Source of the DNA: a virus
Lineage: Duplodnaviria; Heunggongvirae; Uroviricota; Caudoviricetes
DNA: 24,505 nt
Strand: one strand, 5' to 3'
IMG/VR virus record: IMGVR_UViG_2548876862_000002
Location: 1 to 24,505 of that record
Numbering within the stretch: the first letter of the stretch is position 1; each line of letters begins with the position of its first letter. The position numbers and the translations under genes were made by a program. The notes beneath the pieces were generated by a model, which was not told the DNA's origin, ran no database searches, and worked only from the letters and a program-made list of their open reading frames with translations. Shown here piece after piece: positions 24,102 to 24,505 of the stretch.

Positions 24102-24274
24102 TCATCGCCCCACTCATCACAATATGCTTCGACCGGAGTTTTTCCTGCTTCATAATCATCACGCCATGCTTCAGCATCAGCGGCACTTCCACCGCGTAAC
24201 TCTGCATAATCCATTAACAGTTCATGCCATTCTTCAAAACTGGCGTTATATTTAGTTGAACCAAAATCAGCCAT
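24098..24274 (-). CDS. Hypothetical small acidic protein, 58 aa
   Basis: Hand-translated (under 60 aa, not in track): MADFGSTKYNASFEEWHELLMDYAELRGGSAADAEAWRDDYEAGKTPVEAYCDEWGDE. ATG at 24274; stop overlaps the next start. Confidence 0.35.
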   Translation of the reverse strand: MADFGSTKYNASFEEWHELLMDYAELRGGSAADAEAWRDDYEAGKTPVEAYCDEWGDE

Positions 24275-24449
24275 TTTGCTCTTCCTCTTCGTCTTTTATT
24301 TCGTGATATGAGTAATTGCAGTAGTTAAAGAAAATTTCTTTTGCTTCGTCCTTTATTTCATCTGGTGTCGCATCATCATCCACTTCGAATACATCTTCAA
24401 AATCTCCACCAGCTATTCCCGTTTCAATAATTATTTTGAACTTTCGCAT
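24267..24449 (-). CDS. Hypothetical small acidic protein, 60 aa, in an AT-rich segment
   Basis: ATG at 24449; Asp/Glu-rich; local GC clearly below the window average. Confidence 0.4.
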   Translation of the reverse strand: MRKFKIIIETGIAGGDFEDVFEVDDDATPDEIKDEAKEIFFNYCNYSYHEIKDEEEEQNG

Positions 24450-24505
24450 TTCATTACCGCCCTTTCGGGCGGCCTCCTGACATTAATCGTTGTGATAACT
24501 CATAG

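Noticed and set aside
24459-24479. GC-rich hairpin at the right edge as a terminator
   Set aside because: No U-tract follows on either strand; it sits in the initiation region of the 60-aa ORF, so it is more likely an mRNA structural element or coincidence.
1-24505. CRISPR arrays, rRNA genes, insertion sequences with terminal inverted repeats
   Set aside because: No regularly spaced repeat-spacer pattern, no rRNA-like conserved blocks and no transposase-sized ORF with flanking inverted repeats were seen.

Overview
The window is almost entirely the late (packaging and virion) region of a podovirus-type prophage, transcribed on the minus strand with tightly coupled genes (ATGA / TAATG / GTGA stop-start overlaps). 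The host looks enterobacterial: there is a canonical LexA box and an argU-like tRNA-Arg(UCU). Gene order from high to low coordinates: small early/nin-like genes (24449-21677), terminase small and large subunits (21558-19490), portal, scaffold, major capsid, three small head/neck proteins, tail tubular A- and B-like proteins, five internal virion (ejection) proteins (18036-2279), two small membrane proteins, a terminator, and the N-terminal 317 codons of a divergently placed tailspike/tail-fibre gene (953-1, runs off the window). Two plus-strand accessory insertions interrupt this operon. Island A (about 955-2270) holds a LexA-box-controlled cassette of an 85-aa protein, a structured spacer and a signal-peptide mini-protein. 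Island B (about 18280-19450) holds a near-consensus promoter, a roughly 330-nt ORF-poor leader, the tRNA, tandem terminators and a beta-solenoid repeat protein gene with its own bidirectional terminator. No integrase, CRISPR array, rRNA or clear lysis enzyme is visible. Product names are inferred from gene order, size and motifs recalled from memory of the T7 and epsilon15 families; no database search was possible.
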